Below, in pieces: positions 1-10,803 of a stretch of DNA of 64,000 bases. The translations under genes and the position numbers were made by a program. This stretch comes from an uncultured Planctomycetota bacterium. GTDB taxonomy: Bacteria > Planctomycetota > Planctomycetia > Isosphaerales > Isosphaeraceae. The notes beneath the pieces were generated by a model. The model made no database searches and was not told where the DNA came from. It saw only the letters and a program-made list of their open reading frames with translations. The stretch is taken from NCBI GenBank assembly GCA_963823665.1, contig CAWGMQ010000006.1:1344001-1408000 (forward strand). The letters are read 5' to 3'. Each line of letters starts with the position of its first letter. Position 1 is the stretch's first letter.

Positions 1-93
1 CTGATTGACTGCGAACAGCGCGGGCGGTACCTTGGAACTTTACCGTACCAAGTTGACGAATTTGCTGATTTGTGAAACTGGGGAAGATCTATC

Positions 94-1380
94 GTGGGTT
101 CGACGTGTGTGGTGGGATTGCAGTGGGGTGACGAGGCGAAGGGGAAGATCGTGGACCTGCTTTGCGACCGGCACGACGTCGTGGTGCGGTACCAGGGCGG
201 GGCGAATGCGGGTCATACGGTCGTCGTCGATGGGGCTACATACAAGCTCTCGCTGGTGCCGACGGGGATTTTGCGGAGCGGCGCTCATGCGGTGATCGGC
301 AATGGGGTGGTGATTCACCCGCCGGCGCTGCTCAAGGAAATTGATACGTTGCGTGGGCAAGGGGTGGAGATGGGCGACCGGCTGCACATCAGCGACCGCG
401 CCCATGTGATTCTGCCTTATCATCTGGAAGAGGAGCGATTGACCGAGGAATCGGCGTCGTCGGCGGACCACCTGGGAACGACGCGGCGAGGGATCGGGCC
501 GTGCTATCGCGACAAGGTGGGACGGGTGCATGGCGTGCGGGTCGCTGATCTGTATCGGCCGGAGGCGTTCACCGATCGGCTGGCGCGGATCATCGACTAC
601 AAGAACCGGCTGCTGGCGGCGATGCTGCCGGATTTCCGGCCATTCGACGCGGACGCGGTTGCGGCGGAGTATCTTGAGTATGCGGAGCGTTTGCAGCCTC
701 ATGTCTGCGATACGACGGTGTGGCTGCATCAGGCGATCGAAGCTGGGAAGCGGTTGTTGTTCGAGGGGGCGCAGGGGTCGCTCTTGGATGTGGACCACGG
801 CAGCTATCCATATGTGACTAGCTCCAATTCCAGCACATGCGGCATTCCGGCGGGCTCGGGTGTGCCGTCGCGGCATATCGATCGCTGGATTGGCGTGGTC
901 AAGGCGTATACGACGCGGGTTGGAGGGGGGCCGTTTCCGACGGAGCAGGACAACGCGATTGGAGAGCGGATCCGGCGCGTGGGCAAGGAATATGGGACAG
1001 TGACCGGCCGGCCGCGTCGATGCGGGTGGTTTGATGCGGTTGCGACCCGGCATGCGGTGCGGGTGAGTGGCTCGACCGAGCTGGCGGTGATGCTGCTTGA
1101 CGTGATCTCCGGGATCGAAGAGCTGAACGTCGCGGTGGCCTATGAGTGTGAAGGCCGCCGGATCACCGAGCTTCCCAGCTCGGTCACGACATTTGAACAA
1201 TGCCAGCCGATCTACGAGACCTTGCCGGGATTCGCCGGCGACATCACGCGAGTGACCACCTGGGCGGGTTTGCCTCCGGCCGCGCGGCGGTACGTGGAAT
1301 TCATCGGGCGGAGTGTGGGCGTACCGCCGGCGATCGTGTCGGTCGGCCCTGAACGCGGCCAGACGATCATGATTGATTAA
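94..1380 (+). CDS. purA: Adenylosuccinate synthetase
   Basis: GLQWGDEAKGK, RYQGGANAGHT, EGAQG, KAYTTRVGGGPFPTE and GTVTGRPRRCGWFD motifs; full length 428 aa. Confidence 0.98.
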   Translation: MGSTCVVGLQWGDEAKGKIVDLLCDRHDVVVRYQGGANAGHTVVVDGATYKLSLVPTGILRSGAHAVIGNGVVIHPPALLKEIDTLRGQGVEMGDRLHISDRAHVILPYHLEEERLTEESASSADHLGTTRRGIGPCYRDKVGRVHGVRVADLYRPEAFTDRLARIIDYKNRLLAAMLPDFRPFDADAVAAEYLEYAERLQPHVCDTTVWLHQAIEAGKRLLFEGAQGSLLDVDHGSYPYVTSSNSSTCGIPAGSGVPSRHIDRWIGVVKAYTTRVGGGPFPTEQDNAIGERIRRVGKEYGTVTGRPRRCGWFDAVATRHAVRVSGSTELAVMLLDVISGIEELNVAVAYECEGRRITELPSSVTTFEQCQPIYETLPGFAGDITRVTTWAGLPPAARRYVEFIGRSVGVPPAIVSVGPERGQTIMID

Positions 1381-1402
1381 GTAAGTAAAAGTAGAATAAA
1401 GA

Positions 1403-2177
1403 ATGGCGATTTCACAAGAAGGGTTGGAGCGGATCGAGGCTTACGGCCTCAAGCCGGAGCAGCTTCCCCGGCACGTCGCGGTGATCATGGATGGCAACGG
1501 GCGGTGGGCGCAGCGCCGGCGGCTGCCGCGCGTGATGGGGCATCGCAGGGGAATTCAGAGCGTGCGCGCGGTGGTCGAGGAGGGATGCAGGCTGGGGCTC
1601 GAGCAGTTGACGCTCTACTGCCTTTCGGTCGAGAACTGGAAGCGGCCGCCGAGAGAGCTGACGTTTCTGATGCGGCTGCTGCGGCACTTCCTGGTGGTCG
1701 AGCGCCGGGAGCTTTGCGAGCAGAACGTGCAGCTCAGGATGATCGGGCGCACGAGCGGTCTGCCGCCGGAGGTGCTGGACGAGTTCGAGCGTACGGCCGA
1801 GCTGACAGCGTCAAATGATGGCATGATCTTGTGCCTGGCCGTGAATTATGGCGGCCGTTGCGAGATTGCGGACGCGGCTCGCCGGCTGGCGGAGGACGTG
1901 CGGGCCGGGCGGCTCGATCCGGAGCAGGTGGGCGAAGAGACCGTGGCGTCATATCTGTACACGAGCGGAATGAGCGATCCGGACCTGCTCGATCCGCACG
2001 GCCGGCGAGATGCGAATCAGCAACTTCCTGCTCTGGCAGATTTCGTATTCGGAGATGTGGGTCACTCCCACACTCTGGCCCGACTTTCGCGGCGACGACC
2101 TGATGCAGGCTTGCCTGGCGTTCGCGGCCCGGGAGCGAAAGTTCGGCGGGCTTGCCGAAGGTGCTCTACTCGGATGA
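1403..2177 (+). CDS. uppS: Undecaprenyl diphosphate synthase (cis-prenyltransferase); one-base frameshift near 1991
   Basis: HVAVIMDGNGRWA, SVENWKRP, NYGGR; after DPDLL the conserved IRTAGEMRISNFLLWQISYSE...LWPDF...RERKFGG continues in a shifted frame to TGA at 2175-2177. Confidence 0.93.
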
Positions 2178-2217
2178 AACGATTTCAATAGCATTCAGCG
2201 AATATAACAACAAATTC

Positions 2218-3129
2218 ATGCTCGGAACGCGAGTTGTTTTTGGGTTCTTGATGGTGGCAGTGCTCGTTCTGGCTCTCTGGGTCGACGAATGGTTTGCTCC
2301 GTGGTATCCGTTCTGGCTGCTGACGTGCGCCGTGGTGATGATCGCCGCTTCGCGGGAGCTCGTGAATCTGCTGTCCAACAGCACGCTACGCCCTTCGGCG
2401 AATTCGGTGTTCGGGGGGGTGCTGGCGATCCTGATTGCCAACTGGGTTCCGCACGTGGCGCTTGATGTCCCCAATAGTGACGGCCTTCCGGCCTTGAACT
2501 ACGACCCCGCGCGCCCTCAGGCTGCACTGAGCTACATCTTCCTGTCGTTTGTGGCTGTGACGCTGGTGAGCTTCGTGGTGCAGAGTGTGCAGTTCGAGAA
2601 GCCGGGCCGGGCGACACTGCGCATCGCCGGGACTTTGTTCGTGCTGGGATACGTGGGGCTGCTGGGGAGCTTCATCGTCCAGCTTCGCTGGTTTGACGGC
2701 CCTCACGAGGGGCTCGTCGCGCTGCTCTTTCTGGTCGCGGCCGCCAAGGGGGCAGACACGGGCGCGTACACGCTCGGGCGGCTTATGGGCCGGCACAAGC
2801 TGTGGCCGGCGCTCAGCCCGCATAAAACCGTGGAGGGTGCGATCGGGGGACTGATCTTCGCGGTTGCGGCCTCGTTGATCGTCGCGGCGATCGCGCGGTA
2901 TGCGCTCGAGACGCCAGTGCTGTCGTGGGGGAAGGCGGTGGTGTACGGGCTTTTGATCGGCGTCGTGGCCCAGGTTGGCGACTTGATGGAGTCGATGATC
3001 AAGCGAGACTGCGAGCGAAAGGATGCATCCGATGCGGTGCCCGGGTTCGGGGGCATCCTTGATGTCATCGACTCGCTCATCTTCGCGGCACCGGTCGCGT
3101 TCGTATTCTGGCTTCGATACGGGCCTTGA
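2218..3129 (+). CDS. cdsA: Phosphatidate cytidylyltransferase
   Basis: Multi-TM protein with DTGAY, SPHKTVEGAIGG and GDLMESMIKRDCERKDAS..PGFGGILDVIDS signature; follows uppS. Confidence 0.95.
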   Translation: MLGTRVVFGFLMVAVLVLALWVDEWFAPWYPFWLLTCAVVMIAASRELVNLLSNSTLRPSANSVFGGVLAILIANWVPHVALDVPNSDGLPALNYDPARPQAALSYIFLSFVAVTLVSFVVQSVQFEKPGRATLRIAGTLFVLGYVGLLGSFIVQLRWFDGPHEGLVALLFLVAAAKGADTGAYTLGRLMGRHKLWPALSPHKTVEGAIGGLIFAVAASLIVAAIARYALETPVLSWGKAVVYGLLIGVVAQVGDLMESMIKRDCERKDASDAVPGFGGILDVIDSLIFAAPVAFVFWLRYGP

Positions 3130-3138
3130 GCTGCCGCA

Positions 3139-4023
3139 TCAGTTCGAAAAGGCATCCACAAAGTACAACCCGACATCGACGAGCAATACCGCCACGATGA
3201 TGAGCTCGAGTGCGATCTGGAAGGCCAGCGACTGGCAATGATCGAGCGATTCAGAGAGCGAGTCGAGGACGGTTTCGACAGCCTCGATGCGTTCGTCGAT
3301 CTCGCGCCTGAGCCGGCCGAGGCCCAGCCAGCGGCCGAGTCTGCGGTAGAGGTGAACGGCCCGCCTGTTCGCGAAGTGGCCGTGTGGATTGGTGAGCGGA
3401 CTTTCGACCAGAGGTAGATCGAGAATGATCCGTTGCAGCGCACGCCGCTGTGATCGGAGCTGCCGCGACCGCGCTCGCCCGATCACGCTCCGGAAGCTGT
3501 ACTCCGTGGCGAGGTCATGGCGCGACCACTCGGAAAGATCAATGAGCGTTCGATTGATTGCGGCGAACCGCCAGTACTGCGCGACGGCGAAGAGGACTGT
3601 TTCTCCGACGATGATCCAGGTTTCGACATCAACACTGACTCTGGCGACATTCGCGTCGATCTCGATCCGCAGCGGGAGACTCGACCGCCCGGAGCGGCTG
3701 CGGCCCTCCGATGCACGCTTGGCGCACGAACTGTTCCGCCGGTGCTCGACTGGATGCGCCGTTGGCTCGTCGCGCCTTCGCTTCAGTCGATCAGATTCTT
3801 CGAGTGTGACAAACTCGACGCGATGGGCAGGTGCAGGGATTTTCCATGAGGGGGCGGGCGCGAACCAGAATCCGAAAGGGGATGCGAAACCGTCGCCGGG
3901 CAAGTCCGGATGGGTCGTGGCGAAGGAAATCCGGGTGCGACGGCCGGATGGAATCTGGCTCTTTCGCCAGACTGAGTCCATTTCATTCCGTGCGGTCAGG
4001 TCGAGGGCGTACAGGGTGTGCAT
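3139..4023 (-). CDS. Hypothetical protein with C-terminal TM helix, RMD1/DUF155-like tail
   Basis: Helical region followed by ...SLAFQIALELIIVAVLLVDV, resembling the LE(W)III.L..E end of DUF155 proteins; start chosen at ATG 4023 just after the upstream stop. Confidence 0.45.
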   Translation of the reverse strand: MHTLYALDLTARNEMDSVWRKSQIPSGRRTRISFATTHPDLPGDGFASPFGFWFAPAPSWKIPAPAHRVEFVTLEESDRLKRRRDEPTAHPVEHRRNSSCAKRASEGRSRSGRSSLPLRIEIDANVARVSVDVETWIIVGETVLFAVAQYWRFAAINRTLIDLSEWSRHDLATEYSFRSVIGRARSRQLRSQRRALQRIILDLPLVESPLTNPHGHFANRRAVHLYRRLGRWLGLGRLRREIDERIEAVETVLDSLSESLDHCQSLAFQIALELIIVAVLLVDVGLYFVDAFSN

Positions 4024-4037
4024 GGGTCGACTGACCC

Positions 4038-5456
4038 TCAAGGGACGATCGGAACGGAAGTTCCGCTCGGGCTCGAGCTGGCCAGGGCCTGCGCGAGTTT
4101 CGAGCGGCGCGAGCCAACGCGGCGGGTGGAAACCTCCGCCACGGGAGCGGGAAGGATCGGCCGCCGCACCGAGTCGAGCGCCAGGCCCGTCTTGCGAGCG
4201 CAGAGTGCGCCGGCTGCTTCGAGGTAATTCTGGACACGGCAGAACTGGCCCGGTGCCCAGGGCAAAGCGGCGAGGTCGTTGGCCATCAGGTGGTTGGGGT
4301 CGGATACGGCAATGACGGGAATTCCTTGTTCGAGTGCAGCGAGGACAGGCAGGCCGATGCAGCCGTCGGGGATAACCAGAGCGGAGACATCGCGAGCGGT
4401 GAGGCAATCGGAGTGATGCAGCAGAGCGGGGTCGGTCTCGATCCTGGGACTGGATTTCAGCCCCTTCAGGATCGACTGGAGGAACGTGAGCGAGACGGCC
4501 TCGGCCGCCATTCTGGGATCGACAATGCCGGGATCGATCGATTCGATTTCTTCCGATTCGATCATGGGCGAGTGGGCTGTGGGCAAGCCGTAGAGGAGCG
4601 AAAGCGAGTGAGTGAATATGGCCTCGACGCCACCCCAGGGGTTGACCATCGCCCCGTCACTGTCGAAGTAGTCCTGATGGAATTCCGGCGGCACTGCGAT
4701 GACCGACGAGACTGCGATTGCGTCGGCTTCCGGAAGATAAGGGCGAAATCCCCTGAAGAAATTCCGAGAGGTTATCGACCCGGCCGGCGGCACGGCCGGT
4801 GGAGGTATACTCCGAAACGAGCTTGACCGGCGGGTCGAGCATGACAATTCGCGGGCAATCGAATCCGTAGCAGGCACGGGCCGCATTGACGGCGTTGATC
4901 GCGGCGTTCGAATAGGCGATCTCTTCGTGGCGATCGATCACCACCAGTACCCGGTTGTTGCGCACGCGATGCAGACCGGCTGTCCCCATCAGGAGGCGGC
5001 AGATGACACTGCCCTCGACATACAGGGCGTTCTCGGGCATCTCGTTGATATCGGAGGCGTTGACCACATTCGGGTGCACGATCAAGGTGTCGCAAACTGT
5101 CGATAAGAGCCGAGCCACCGGTCCGGCATCGCCGGCGTGGCCGCCGATGGTCGCATTGATACCAGTCGGGACCAGGAACACGACGTTGAAGCGATTGGCG
5201 TTCTCGAACGGCCGCTTGCGAAACTCGAAAATGGAGGGAACGGGCGCCGTCCAACCCGGGGCGGAGCCGCGGGCGCGCTCAGAATGCCGACCTCGCAGTG
5301 TCAGCGCCCTGCGGCGAGATCACTCGAGCAGACGACGAACCGAACCGGGATTTCGCCCTCTGCGAGGCGCTCCTGCACCATCCCGCCGAAATGGCCGAGA
5401 GCATCGCGTGGGCTGCTCGGCCAGGGAAAGTCCCATTCGTGCTCATACAACCGCAT
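4038..5456 (-). CDS. DUF3326-family protein (two apparent frameshifts, near 5300 and 4750)
   Basis: VPTGINATIGGHAGDA, HPNVVNASD, LYVEG, NPWGGVEAIFTH, AHSP, VDPRMAAE and NYLEAAG motifs spread over ORFs 5301-5609, 4657-5181 and 4038-4886; start overlaps the upstream stop. Confidence 0.8.
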
Positions 5457-6627
5457 CAGGGCAGGCTCCGAAGCGAGAGAAAAAATCTTCATATGTAAAT
5501 TGCCGGCGAAGCAGCAGGTCGCCCGTCGGGCCGACCGAGTAAATCGAAGGCAGGTTGATCCCATTGAACATGTGGGCCTTGACGATCGAATAGGCGCCGA
5601 CATTTGCAAATACGATGCGCGAGCCGATGCTCAAGCGGCGATTGAATGCGTAAACGCCGAGCACGTCGCCGGCCAGGCACGAGCTGCCGGCCAGAACGTA
5701 CTCAAAGTCACCCTGGTCGTCGTGGTCCTCTACATCGGGCTCGAACTGATATTCGAACGCCTCGGGAACGTGGTTCACGGTGGTATCGAGCACTGCGGTT
5801 GTGGTGCCGCGGTAGCGGAACATATCGATCACCGACGCGACCAAATAGCCCGCCTTGCGAACCAGGGCGGCGCCGGGCTCGATAAAGACGCAGAGGCCAT
5901 GACGCGACTGGAGCAGCTCGACCGATCGGGCCAGAAGGTCGACGTGCTCGGGCTCGTCCAGGAGATAGCCGCCGCCCAGGTTGATCCAGCTCAAACCGGC
6001 GAGCTTTTCTCCGAGCACCGTCTCGACGTGCATGACAGTGCGATAGAGTGGCTCGAAGCTCGTCGAGTCGCAGTTGTTGTGAAAGAGCAAGCCCGAGACT
6101 CGCTCGAAGAGCTCGGGCTCTCGATCCCAGCGTCTGGCAAGGGAGTCGAGCGGCACACCCAGCTTGGAAAGCGGCCGGCAGGGGTTATAGCGGTCGTCTG
6201 CGACGAGCGAAAGCTGGGGATTCAAGCGCAGCCCGACCTGGCCGGGTTTCTCGAGTGGGCCGGAGGAGCGGCGCAACTGCGACAGCGAGTTGAACGAAAT
6301 GAAATCGCAAAGCTCTCCCAGCTCGAAGAGCTCATCATCGCGGAGGCCGGGCGTTGTCAGATGGACCGTGCCGCGCGAGTCGAGTACCTCGCGGGCCAGT
6401 CGCGATTCGAAGAGCGAGCTGACCGCGAAGCCGTCCACCTTGCCGATCATCCACTCCAAAACGAATTCGCAAGACAATGGCTTGAGCGCATAAAGAACCT
6501 TGCACCCGCACTGATCGCGCAGCACGAGCGCGGCCTCGAGATCGCGGCGAACTTGCTGTTCGTCGAGCACGAGCGCGGGGGTCAGAACGCTCCGTACCAC
6601 GCGGGCATTCAGCGGCATCGTCGTCAC
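5443..6627 (-). CDS. nspC: PLP-dependent fold-III decarboxylase, carboxynorspermidine decarboxylase-like
   Basis: YALK (PLP Lys), GLRLNP, YNPC..SKLG, FHNNC, INLGGG, IEPG, GSSCLAGD, YSIVKAHMFNG..LPSI and F.YEDF match the NspC branch rather than LysA; orthology not certain. Confidence 0.65.
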   Translation of the reverse strand: MTTMPLNARVVRSVLTPALVLDEQQVRRDLEAALVLRDQCGCKVLYALKPLSCEFVLEWMIGKVDGFAVSSLFESRLAREVLDSRGTVHLTTPGLRDDELFELGELCDFISFNSLSQLRRSSGPLEKPGQVGLRLNPQLSLVADDRYNPCRPLSKLGVPLDSLARRWDREPELFERVSGLLFHNNCDSTSFEPLYRTVMHVETVLGEKLAGLSWINLGGGYLLDEPEHVDLLARSVELLQSRHGLCVFIEPGAALVRKAGYLVASVIDMFRYRGTTTAVLDTTVNHVPEAFEYQFEPDVEDHDDQGDFEYVLAGSSCLAGDVLGVYAFNRRLSIGSRIVFANVGAYSIVKAHMFNGINLPSIYSVGPTGDLLLRRQFTYEDFFSRFGACPDAVV

Positions 6628-6897
6628 TCATCGATAGCTTGACCGGACGAAGTGGAGTCGAATATATCCGACCCGGATGAGCCGAGCCAGATTTTGCCGG
6701 AGCCCGGCCCGGCAAATCCTGGGAGGTCCGGCAGGAGTTACTTGCGATCGACCACGTGGCATGAGTACGTTTACAGGCGGCGCATGGGATCTCAGAGCTT
6801 GTCGGGCGGGGAATCTCGTGATTGTGTTCTATGGATTCTTGCATGCCGGGTGTTCTCGGCTCAAAAGGCGTACCCAGGGCTGAAGGGACAATTCCCG

Positions 6898-7818
6898 ATG
6901 AATCACAGACGCGAGCTTCGGGTCGTCTCGTCCGTGCTAGCGCGGTTCCTGGCGGTGGCGGTCGGGGTGGTTTGGGCTGCCGTCGTCGCGGAGGGTGCTC
7001 AGGTTCCGCAAGGTCCGGGGCAGACGGCGACGAATCCGCTGCGGTACCAGGTCAATTACCGCGCGTCTGCGACGGATCCCTGGCAGCTTTATGCATCAAC
7101 GCGGAACCTTAATAATGCGAACGCGATCGCGGCTGAAGTGAAGAGCGCGGGTTACGAGTCGCAGGTTGTGAACAGCCAGAGCCCCGCAGCCCAGCTTTAC
7201 CCGGATGCGGAGGAGACGAGTGCGTCGAGATACTATCCCACGTCGAACTGGGCACAGGATTACAACTACTACGTGGTTCCCGGCGGGAACTACAACTATG
7301 GAACGTATGCAGGCTGGTATCCGTGGTACGGCTATCGCTCGTATCCAAATTACTGGTGGAATGGAGGCCGGTCGTTCTATGGAACGGGTTGGGGAGGGCA
7401 TTACTGGGGTGGTGGTTGGCGGCGAGGCGGCGGCTGGGGCGGCGCCGGGTGGGGCGGCGGCGGTTGGAGCAGTCATCATCGAAACTGGAACATGAGCCAC
7501 GCCGATCGGGCCACCCACAGTGCCCACGGTGAGCAGCACAGCGAGCAGGCGCATCACCAGTATCACCCGCACCAGGCTACGGCGGGCCATCACCAGCCCG
7601 GGCATCACGCGGCGGCGCGGCATGCGAGCCAAGCCTCGGCCGAGCATCGCGGCACGGGTCATCGGGGCAACGGTGCGCGCACGGCGGGCCATCGCGCGGG
7701 CGGGCACCGTGCGGCTGGGCATGCCGCTCGCGGACACGGCGCGCGAGGAGGGGGCGGGCGCGGGAACTCACCGGGGCGCCACGCTGGCGGCCATCACGCG
7801 GCCCATCACGATCCATGA
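6898..7818 (+). CDS. Secreted low-complexity protein (Tyr/Trp/Gly-rich then His-rich)
   Basis: Signal-peptide-like N-terminus ending AEGA, short globular region, YWWNGG/GGGW stretch, His-rich C-terminus; GAAGGGA upstream of ATG. Confidence 0.7.
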   Translation: MNHRRELRVVSSVLARFLAVAVGVVWAAVVAEGAQVPQGPGQTATNPLRYQVNYRASATDPWQLYASTRNLNNANAIAAEVKSAGYESQVVNSQSPAAQLYPDAEETSASRYYPTSNWAQDYNYYVVPGGNYNYGTYAGWYPWYGYRSYPNYWWNGGRSFYGTGWGGHYWGGGWRRGGGWGGAGWGGGGWSSHHRNWNMSHADRATHSAHGEQHSEQAHHQYHPHQATAGHHQPGHHAAARHASQASAEHRGTGHRGNGARTAGHRAGGHRAAGHAARGHGARGGGGRGNSPGRHAGGHHAAHHDP

Positions 7819-7868
7819 GAAGAAGCAAGCGAATTTACTGAACCTGGTCCTTTGCAACAGGCACGACT

Positions 7869-9326
7869 ATGGACAACGTCAATCGTCGAACGAGTATCGT
7901 GCAAATCGCTCTGGTGGGAATGCTCATGGTCTCGTCCGGGAGATTGTGCACGGCGCAAGACGCGCGTTCGAAGCCTCTGGAGCAGTGGCTGGCCCAGTTG
8001 AAAGATCCCGATGGGGCACAGCGGCGAGCAGCCGTGGTGGCCCTGGGGGCATTCGGTCCCGATCTGACCAAGGCGATGATCTCGCAGGTCGGCGAATTGC
8101 TGAAGGATCCCGATCAAAGCGTCCGTCACGCCGCAGCCCTTTCGATCGGCAATTTCGGCCCCGCAGCGAAGGCGGCGCTGGCGAACGTTCGCGGCGCCGT
8201 CAAGGATGAGGCGGCGGTTGTAAGGCGGGCAGCGGTCTTTGCCCTCGGCAACATGGGGACGTCCGCGCGGCAGGCGGTGCCGGAGTTGATCGTGGCGCTC
8301 GGCGACGGCAACGAGACGGTCCGTCACGCCGCAGCATATGCTCTCGGAAGCGTAGGTGAGGAGGCCAAAGCCGCGGCCGCCGCGCTGGGCAAGGTGCTGG
8401 CAAGCGACGCCGATCCCGACGTCCGGCAGGCTGCGGCGTTTGCGCTTGGCGAGATCGGGTCTGACGCGGCGGAGGCCGTTCCCGCCCTGACGCAGGCGCT
8501 TGCTGACGGGGATGAAGCCGTGCGGAAATCCGTGATCGAGGCGCTGGGGGCGATGGGCCCCGAGGCGAAGCCGGCGGTGGGAGTGCTTGCCAAGATCGTG
8601 ACGGATGATCCGGACTTTGTGCTCAGGCGATCGGCCGCGTTCGTACTCGGCGAGATCGGGCCGGAGGCCCGCGGCGCGGCCGTTGCCCTTGGCCAGGCGC
8701 TCAAGGACGCGGACGCATCCGTTCGTTACGATGCGGCACAGTCCCTTTCGACGCTCGGCCCCGAGGCCAAAGAGGCGCTTCCCGCGCTCACGGCGGCTCT
8801 GAAGGAAGAGGACGTTGAAGTGCTCAAGAAGGTGATCTACACGCTCGGTGAGATGGGCCCCTCGGCAGACCCCGCCGCCCATGCGCTTGGCAACTTGATG
8901 GGCAATGAGGATGAAGATGTGCGAAAGGCGGTGGCTTACGCGCTGGCCTCGATGGGGCCGGGCGCGACCCCGGCCGTGCCGGGCTTGATCAAGGGACTGC
9001 ACGACAAGGTCATGACCGTTCGGCTCGCGTCAGCGTATGCCATCGGCGAGCTTGGTCCCAACCACCCTCGGGCCTTGCAGGCGCTGCTCAACTCGATCAA
9101 AGACGCGGATGACGACGTGCGCGAGGAGGTCGTCTTCGCGATCGGGGAGATCGGGTCCGACGCCAAGCCGGTTTTGGATGCACTCCAGCAAGCCCTCCAG
9201 GATGCGTCCCCCACCGTGCGCGAAGCCGCGAAGGAAGCGATTGAGAAACTCACGGAGGACGACGACGACGACGAGGAAGAGCCGAAAGCGAAGAACCAGC
9301 CCGCGACAAAGAAACCCCAACCCTGA
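7869..9326 (+). CDS. Secreted HEAT-repeat (PBS lyase-like) protein
   Basis: Signal peptide, then about 13 repeats of L.D.D..VR.AAA.ALG.IG..A..AVP.L; acidic tail. Confidence 0.92.
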   Translation: MDNVNRRTSIVQIALVGMLMVSSGRLCTAQDARSKPLEQWLAQLKDPDGAQRRAAVVALGAFGPDLTKAMISQVGELLKDPDQSVRHAAALSIGNFGPAAKAALANVRGAVKDEAAVVRRAAVFALGNMGTSARQAVPELIVALGDGNETVRHAAAYALGSVGEEAKAAAAALGKVLASDADPDVRQAAAFALGEIGSDAAEAVPALTQALADGDEAVRKSVIEALGAMGPEAKPAVGVLAKIVTDDPDFVLRRSAAFVLGEIGPEARGAAVALGQALKDADASVRYDAAQSLSTLGPEAKEALPALTAALKEEDVEVLKKVIYTLGEMGPSADPAAHALGNLMGNEDEDVRKAVAYALASMGPGATPAVPGLIKGLHDKVMTVRLASAYAIGELGPNHPRALQALLNSIKDADDDVREEVVFAIGEIGSDAKPVLDALQQALQDASPTVREAAKEAIEKLTEDDDDDEEEPKAKNQPATKKPQP

Positions 9327-9483
9327 ATCACGGAACTCTTTCTGGCAACACCAACGCGGATCTTCCGCGAGCGATTGTTCGCGGTGGAATCGCCGCCGGC
9401 CACTTGCGTAAGTGCAATCTTCGTAGTGGGTTGTGCAATTCAAGCCGCAAAGTCATCGTCAGTTTTCCTGAATCGACACCATG

Positions 9484-9513
9484 TTGCTTTTTTGGGTTTC
9501 GGAATTCCATAAT
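9484..9513 (+). promoter_or_regulatory. Candidate sigma70 promoter of the phoH operon
   Basis: TTGCTT-18 nt-CATAAT in an AT-richer intergenic region about 110 nt upstream of the phoH ATG. Confidence 0.4.
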
Positions 9514-9624
9514 GGTGGGTAGGTTTGAGGTCGCTTTCACGCTGCGGTCGGGAATTCGCGGGAAGCCCGCGACGGTGTCGCGGGCGGGAGTCTTGCTGGA
9601 AACTGGGGCGGCGAAAGGTCGGGC

Positions 9625-10680
9625 ATGCCGGAAGTGACAATCAGCCTGGAGGGTCATGCCGAGGAGCTCGCCGTTTTCGGCAGTCGGGACCAGTATCTCA
9701 GGCAGGTTCGCGACGCGGTAGGCGTGAAGGTTCTGGCGCGGCATGGCGAGGTCCGGATCGAAGGAGATGTCGCCCGAATCGAGCAAGCGAAGCGCATTTT
9801 CGAGGGCTTGCGGGCGATTTATCGCGCGCGGCGGACGATTGCCTCGGGTGATGTCAGCGACCTGATCGACGCCACGCTGGGCAGTCAGCAGGCGGATCAA
9901 TCCGGCGAGCTCGAGATTCGCGAGGGCGCCCGGGCCGTTCGCCCGCGTTCGGACGGGCAAGCGCGGTACATGAAGGCGCTCCAGGAGAACGAGCTGGTCT
10001 TCTGCATCGGGCCGGCGGGGACCGGGAAAACTTACCTGGCGGTGGCGACGGCGGTTTCGTTCTTGCGGCGCGGGCGAATCAAAAAGATCGTTCTGGTACG
10101 GCCGGCCGTCGAGGCCGGTGAGCACCTGGGCTTCCTGCCCGGCGACCTGGAGGCCAAGATCAATCCTTATCTCCGGCCACTCCTGGACGCGCTTCACGAC
10201 TTGATGGACTACGATCAGATCCGGCGCTACATGGACAACGATCTGATCGAGATTGCACCGCTGGCATACATGCGGGGCCGCACCTTGAACGACGCAGCGA
10301 TCATCCTCGACGAGGGACAGAACGCAACAGTTCCTCAGATGAAGATGTTCTTGACTCGAATGGGCCAGAACGCCAGGATCGTGGTCACCGGCGACATCAC
10401 GCAGGTGGACTTGCCGGTGGCAACCAGGAGCGGACTTGCCGACGCGATCGATCGACTCAAGGACATCCCCGGCATCGGGACGGCGTTCCTTGATCGATCG
10501 GATATCGTGCGGCACCCACTGGTGCAGGCGATCGTCGATTGTTATGAATCTACCGAGATAGCGCCGGAGCGCGACGGGCGGGCTGAGCTCGCCGCGGCCG
10601 AGCCGTTCTCGAACCTTCCTACCCCAAAACCGCCCCGGAGTGAAGGCGCAGCGACACCGCCCAGGAGCACGATCGCGTGA
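9625..10680 (+). CDS. phoH: PhoH-family ATPase (YbeZ-like)
   Basis: GPAGTGKTYLA, RPAVEAGE.LGFLPGD, PLAYMRGRTL, DEGQN, GDITQVDL, VRHPLV. Confidence 0.96.
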   Translation: MPEVTISLEGHAEELAVFGSRDQYLRQVRDAVGVKVLARHGEVRIEGDVARIEQAKRIFEGLRAIYRARRTIASGDVSDLIDATLGSQQADQSGELEIREGARAVRPRSDGQARYMKALQENELVFCIGPAGTGKTYLAVATAVSFLRRGRIKKIVLVRPAVEAGEHLGFLPGDLEAKINPYLRPLLDALHDLMDYDQIRRYMDNDLIEIAPLAYMRGRTLNDAAIILDEGQNATVPQMKMFLTRMGQNARIVVTGDITQVDLPVATRSGLADAIDRLKDIPGIGTAFLDRSDIVRHPLVQAIVDCYESTEIAPERDGRAELAAAEPFSNLPTPKPPRSEGAATPPRSTIA

Positions 10681-10803
10681 TCATGAACAACATGACGCGT
10701 CTTGGTGCGGGACGAGCCGCAAAAGCCTGGGCCGCGTGGCCCTGGCACACTTCCGCGCGGAACGGCAGGAAAAAAGCCGGCTGCGTCGCTCCGAGAACGA
10801 TCC

